Assembly: GCA_044359155.1 (NCBI GenBank)
Contig: JBIKMR010000001.1
Coordinates: forward strand, 1 to 46,522
DNA: 46,522 bases
Direction: 5' to 3'
Source: Candidatus Hydrogenedentales bacterium
GTDB taxonomy: Bacteria; Hydrogenedentota; Hydrogenedentia; Hydrogenedentales; JAEUWI01
Translations under genes and position numbers: made by a program
Notes under the pieces: model-generated
What the model was told of the DNA's origin: nothing
The model's database searches: none
What the model saw: only the letters and a program-made list of their open reading frames with translations
Shown here: piece after piece, positions 43,649 to 46,522 of the stretch
Layout: each line of letters begins with the position of its first letter
Position numbering within the stretch: the first letter of the stretch is position 1

Positions 43649-43668
43649 ATTCCTGCGTAGGCAGGAAT
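43649..43668. repeat. REP-like hairpin attcctgc-gtag-gcaggaat directly after the FG-GAP gene stop
   Basis: Perfect 8-bp stem with a 4-nt loop, 28 nt after the stop at 43621. It belongs to the attccNgc...gcNggaat class of short palindromes, which translate as ...RRQESR... in spurious ORFs. No U-tract, so it is not a classical terminator. Confidence 0.4.
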
Positions 43669-43738
43669 CCAGATCTGCTGTCGCCTGCGGGCGTTTTTCG
43701 CCCGTGCGACCAATGCTTTACCGCATCCCAAATAGCCC

Positions 43739-43767
43739 TTGGCAAAATTCAGAACCCGTGGTAGACT
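43739..43767 (+). promoter_or_regulatory. Sigma70-like promoter candidate TTGGCA-17 nt-TAGACT upstream of the structured RNA candidate
   Basis: Hexamers at 43739-43744 and 43762-43767 with an exact 17-nt spacer. It predicts a transcription start near 43774-43776. Confidence 0.35.
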
Positions 43768-43774
43768 TTAGTTG

Positions 43775-44030
43775 AAGGCGGTGCTGGCGAGACCTCAAAC
43801 CAGTGACCTTGCGGTCAGCTTTGAGGTTCAGTGCCAAGTCTTCTGGGCGACAGTTGAGCGAAACGGAGTCGCGCGCATGCCCTTAGTTTTAGGGCAAGGG
43901 GGGCCATGTGAGAGCCCGGACCTTTAGCGCGCTCAGACTCCCGCTCAACCGCCGCCCACCTTGAAACGCGGAAGCTTCGCCGTGGAGAGCCTTAGGACTC
44001 TCGACTGCCCAGCTTCCGCGATTGTTTTTC
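43775..44030 (+). ncRNA. Candidate structured small RNA (~255 nt), family not recognised
   Basis: Three helical domains were read directly from the sequence. H1 is 43792-43827. H2 is 43845-43957, with 24 bp of interrupted helix capped by two small hairpins. H3 is 43967-44020, followed by a T-run. No credible ORF. It lies in a 517-bp gap between CDSs. Confidence 0.35.
43967..44029 (+). terminator. Rho-independent terminator candidate
   Basis: Perfect 10-bp closing stem cgcggaagct (43967-43976) / agcttccgcg (44011-44020). An inner gagagcc/ggactctc hairpin sits within it. attgttttt follows immediately at 44021-44029. Confidence 0.45.
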
Positions 44031-44138
44031 CTCCACGCTAGCCTCGTCTGCTAAACTGGGGCACTACTTCTTCCAGCCCCACACCGCCGCCAATCCCGCC
44101 CATGCGGAAACGGCAGAAGGCGACATAAAGGACCCGAT

Positions 44139-44567
44139 ATGCACGTTACTTTCCCCACCCCTGCCGACATCTGGCGCGACTATACCCAGAATGAGGAGCC
44201 GCGAGATTTCGTAGTGCGCACCGGCGGCGACACTGCCGAGGCCTGCGTGGAAGCACACCTATCCCACCTGCCGGACACCTTTGGGATCATTCTCAGCAAC
44301 CGCTGGACGCGCACCTTCATGCAGCCTTGGCAACTCCGCCGAGACCAAGTGCGCTATGGCTTGCTCGCGCACCTAGAAGGCTGCCGCCCGGAATGGGCGG
44401 TGGACCTTGCTGAAGTGGAATCGCGCCTGGGAATTGATACCGCGATCGAAGAGAACGAGCTCGTGGAAGAACTGTCCCCAGCCGAAGACCTAGAAGCCGT
44501 GGAGGAAGCCGTGATTGTGGACCCCGTACTCGACGAAGCGCCGCCCGAGTCCGACGACTACGCCTAG
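44139..44567 (+). CDS. Hypothetical protein with acidic C-terminal tail
   Basis: 142 aa, with an AAAGGA RBS 7 nt upstream of the ATG. Plausible composition. The C-terminus is Glu/Asp-rich (ENELVEELSPAEDLEAVEEAV...ESDDYA). No family recognised. Confidence 0.5.
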   Translation: MHVTFPTPADIWRDYTQNEEPRDFVVRTGGDTAEACVEAHLSHLPDTFGIILSNRWTRTFMQPWQLRRDQVRYGLLAHLEGCRPEWAVDLAEVESRLGIDTAIEENELVEELSPAEDLEAVEEAVIVDPVLDEAPPESDDYA

Positions 44568-44570
44568 CCC

Positions 44571-45383
44571 CTAAACCGGTTCCGATATCTGGTCGATTAA
44601 CCCTTCCAGTGCGCCGAAGCGTTCCATGCGGAATACTTCGGCGAGCCTACCCTCGGGCAGGCCATGAGCGCTGGCGTGTGCCGCTGCTTCTTCCATCAGG
44701 GCCATGCCCAACAGCGCGCTCTTGTCCCCGGCTATCGCATCTTCAATCAACTGCGATCGCCGCCCGGCGGTCTGCAATTGCAGGCGTACCTGGTTGAAGA
44801 TGTTCGTGGCCATGGTGTTGTGCGCGCAGAACGCCGCCACGCGTTTCTCCATGAACTCCGTCACGTCTTCCGCCCGGTTCACCTCGGGCTGGCGACGCGC
44901 GAAGTACCACCGCTCGCACACACTGAAGGGGGCAAGGCCCTCGGCGAAATGCTCGGGGTGGTGCAAGTCAAAGCACGACACCCAGTACGCTTCTTCCACC
45001 GCCTGCGCCGTAACTGTGTGGTCCAGGTTCGGCTCGAAGGTGGCGTAGGGATCGAAGCTGAACACGGCGTAGGGCTGATGCTTGCGGAACAGGTAGACGA
45101 AGCGCTCGCGCAGGGCCACGCGCGACACGTCGCCCAGGGTGTCGGTGGGGTAACCCAGCTCGACGATCTCCGCCACGCCCAATATCGCCGCCGCTTCTTC
45201 CAGCTCAGCGCGGTTTCGGCGGATGGTTTCCTCGCGCGTCAGGCCCACGGAATCCGACCAGTCATCCGTCACCCGCACCAGCACCATGCGCCAACCTTCC
45301 GCGGCCCACTTGGCCACGGTGCCGCCGCAAAATGCGGCGGCATCGTCCGCATGGGGGATGATGACGAGAGCGGTCTTGTTCAT
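44571..45383 (-). CDS. PIG-L/LmbE-family deacetylase
   Basis: N-terminal ALVIIPHADDAAAFCGGTVAKW (the PHxDD zinc-binding motif), then VLVRVTDD and FSFDPY...DHT. Confidence 0.8.
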   Translation of the reverse strand: MNKTALVIIPHADDAAAFCGGTVAKWAAEGWRMVLVRVTDDWSDSVGLTREETIRRNRAELEEAAAILGVAEIVELGYPTDTLGDVSRVALRERFVYLFRKHQPYAVFSFDPYATFEPNLDHTVTAQAVEEAYWVSCFDLHHPEHFAEGLAPFSVCERWYFARRQPEVNRAEDVTEFMEKRVAAFCAHNTMATNIFNQVRLQLQTAGRRSQLIEDAIAGDKSALLGMALMEEAAAHASAHGLPEGRLAEVFRMERFGALEGLIDQISEPV

Positions 45384-45389
45384 GGTGAA

Positions 45390-46175
45390 TTAAGAGAAGC
45401 GGCTGAAGTCGGGCTTGCGACGTTCGATGAAGCAGGTGAAGGCCTCGATGGCCTCCTCGCCCGAAAGCCGCTGTGCAAACTCTTCGCCTTCCAGCTTCAT
45501 GGCAGCGGCCAGCGTTTCCATGTCGGTGCCGCGCAACAGCTTCTTCGTCAGCCGCACCGAGCCGGGTGGCTGGCTGGCCACCTGCACCGCCTTCGCCCAT
45601 GCGCGCTCTTGCAGTTCGTCATCAGGGAACACGTCGTTCAGGATGCCATAGCACTTGGCCTTGTCTGCATTGAAACGCTCGCCCAGCAGCAGCAGTTCCG
45701 AGGCCCGCGTGTGCCCCATAATCTTCGGCAGCAGGTAGCTGCTGCCCGCCTCGGGGCAGAGGCCCAGATTCACAAAGGGCATCTGGAAATAGGCGCTGCT
45801 CGCGGAATAGGCCAGGTCGCAATGCAGCAGCAGCGTGGTGCCAATGCCAATCGCCAGTCCATTCACAGCAGCAATGAACGGTTTCTGCATCGTGCCCATC
45901 GCCACAAGGAACTTCGCCACCGGGCTGTTCTCCATATCGAGCGGGGCATTCATGAAATCCAGCACGTCGTTACCGCTGGTAAAGGTCGGGCCCTCGCCCG
46001 TGATGTACAAGGCCCGCAACTCCGGCGTTCCGTCCACCATGTCAATTGCGCGGACCAGCGCGGTATACATGTCCTGCGTCAGCGCGTTCTTCTTTTCCGG
46101 GCGGTTAAACGCCACCCGAAGAATGCTGTCCTGCACGCTCGCCGAAATCTGCTCACAACCCAAGTCCACGCTCAT
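45390..46175 (-). CDS. Enoyl-CoA hydratase/isomerase (crotonase) family protein
   Basis: LRVAFNRPEKKNALT, LYITGEGPTFTSGNDVLDF, and KPFIAAVNGLAIGIGTTLLLHCDLAY (oxyanion-hole region). A GAGGAGG RBS lies upstream of the ATG. Confidence 0.85.
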   Translation of the reverse strand: MSVDLGCEQISASVQDSILRVAFNRPEKKNALTQDMYTALVRAIDMVDGTPELRALYITGEGPTFTSGNDVLDFMNAPLDMENSPVAKFLVAMGTMQKPFIAAVNGLAIGIGTTLLLHCDLAYSASSAYFQMPFVNLGLCPEAGSSYLLPKIMGHTRASELLLLGERFNADKAKCYGILNDVFPDDELQERAWAKAVQVASQPPGSVRLTKKLLRGTDMETLAAAMKLEGEEFAQRLSGEEAIEAFTCFIERRKPDFSRFS

Positions 46176-46209
46176 GGCTCATCCTCCTCTAGCTCGGTGA
46201 AAATAACTC

Positions 46210-46225
46210 TACCTATCGTTAGGTA
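46210..46225. promoter_or_regulatory. Operator-like inverted repeat TACCTA-tcgt-TAGGTA upstream of the crotonase gene
   Basis: 6-bp perfect half-sites with a 4-nt spacer, 35-50 nt upstream of the crotonase ATG at 46175, in a divergent intergenic region. Confidence 0.2.
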
Positions 46226-46448
46226 TGGTGTCAAGAGGAAAGGGGGCGGATGGGAGGAATAGGACGGACAGGCTCGAATACGTGAATGAGTCGTTGTGAC
46301 TTGGTCGGCAACCATGCCACAACAGTTAGCCGCCCCGATTTTCCTTTCTCGTCCCGATCAGCTACTCTCAACCGTTGGAGCAGTATGGATGTCTGCCATT
46401 TGCATGGGCAGCAGAGTTTGCAGAACAGCAACGAGGGAGAGGACCCGC

Positions 46449-46522
46449 ATGAAGCAGAAACGAACAGACCCCATTACGCGGCGCACGTTTATGGCAGGGC
46501 TTGGGGCAGCCGCAGCCGCCCC
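46449..46522 (+). CDS. 5' end of a Tat-signal protein (truncated by the window edge)
   Basis: MKQKRTDPITRRTFMAGLGAAAAA has the RRxF twin-arginine motif followed by a hydrophobic stretch. Only 24 codons are visible. Confidence 0.4.
   Translation, partial: MKQKRTDPITRRTFMAGLGAAAAA

Noticed and set aside
43775-44030. Identification of the structured RNA as RNase P RNA, tmRNA, SRP/4.5S RNA, or a TPP, cobalamin, FMN, glycine or c-di-GMP riboswitch.
   Set aside because: None of the conserved core sequences I know for these families is present. The size and three-domain layout also do not match. 6S-like and CsrB-like roles (five GGA triplets) cannot be excluded by eye and are left open.

Overview
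GC-rich bacterial chromosomal window. The gene content suggests a PVC-type or related candidate phylum: a DUF1559/prepilin-type pseudopilin, DUF1080, DUF6807, an FG-GAP lipoprotein, several Tat-signal proteins, and short intergenic repeats that translate to peptides like 'ICVHLR' or 'HEIHE'. About 45 credible CDSs were called by reading the six-frame translations for family motifs. Many long ORFs in the track are antisense or out-of-frame artefacts of the high GC content and were discarded. Several real genes start well inside their maximal ORF.

Housekeeping genes:
- a pyrD-pyrF-pyrE operon
- nnrD-thiL
- a thiolase and a crotonase

Carbohydrate and polyol functions:
- Tat-exported xylose-isomerase-like TIM barrel with a GH88-like hydrolase
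- Gfo/Idh/MocA oxidoreductase
- PfkB kinase with an MtlD-like dehydrogenase
- putative glycoside hydrolase translationally coupled to a polytopic membrane protein
- Fe-ADH with a GPH symporter
- organophosphate:Pi antiporter coupled to a methyltransferase

Envelope and signalling functions:
- GT4 glycosyltransferase with a methyltransferase, and a PilZ-like ORF
- ExeA-like ATPase
- FHA-GAF-HD-GYP protein
- exbB-exbD-exbD followed by a 14-repeat FG-GAP lipoprotein

No rRNA, tRNA, CRISPR array, transposase or integrase was recognised.

Items most worth a second look:
1. A promoter- and terminator-delimited, highly structured ~255-nt candidate ncRNA in the 517-bp gap at 43.6-44.1 kb.
2. A perfect 56-bp inverted-repeat pair bracketing a 184-bp A/T-richer core, immediately upstream of a DUF559 endonuclease gene.
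3. A zeta-toxin/COG4185-like P-loop kinase split by a frameshift, with an intact small upstream partner ORF.
4. A dispersed CGCAGATGAAC...CCGATAGG repeat family that brackets the exbBDD operon.

All functional calls come from motif recognition by eye. No database search was run.
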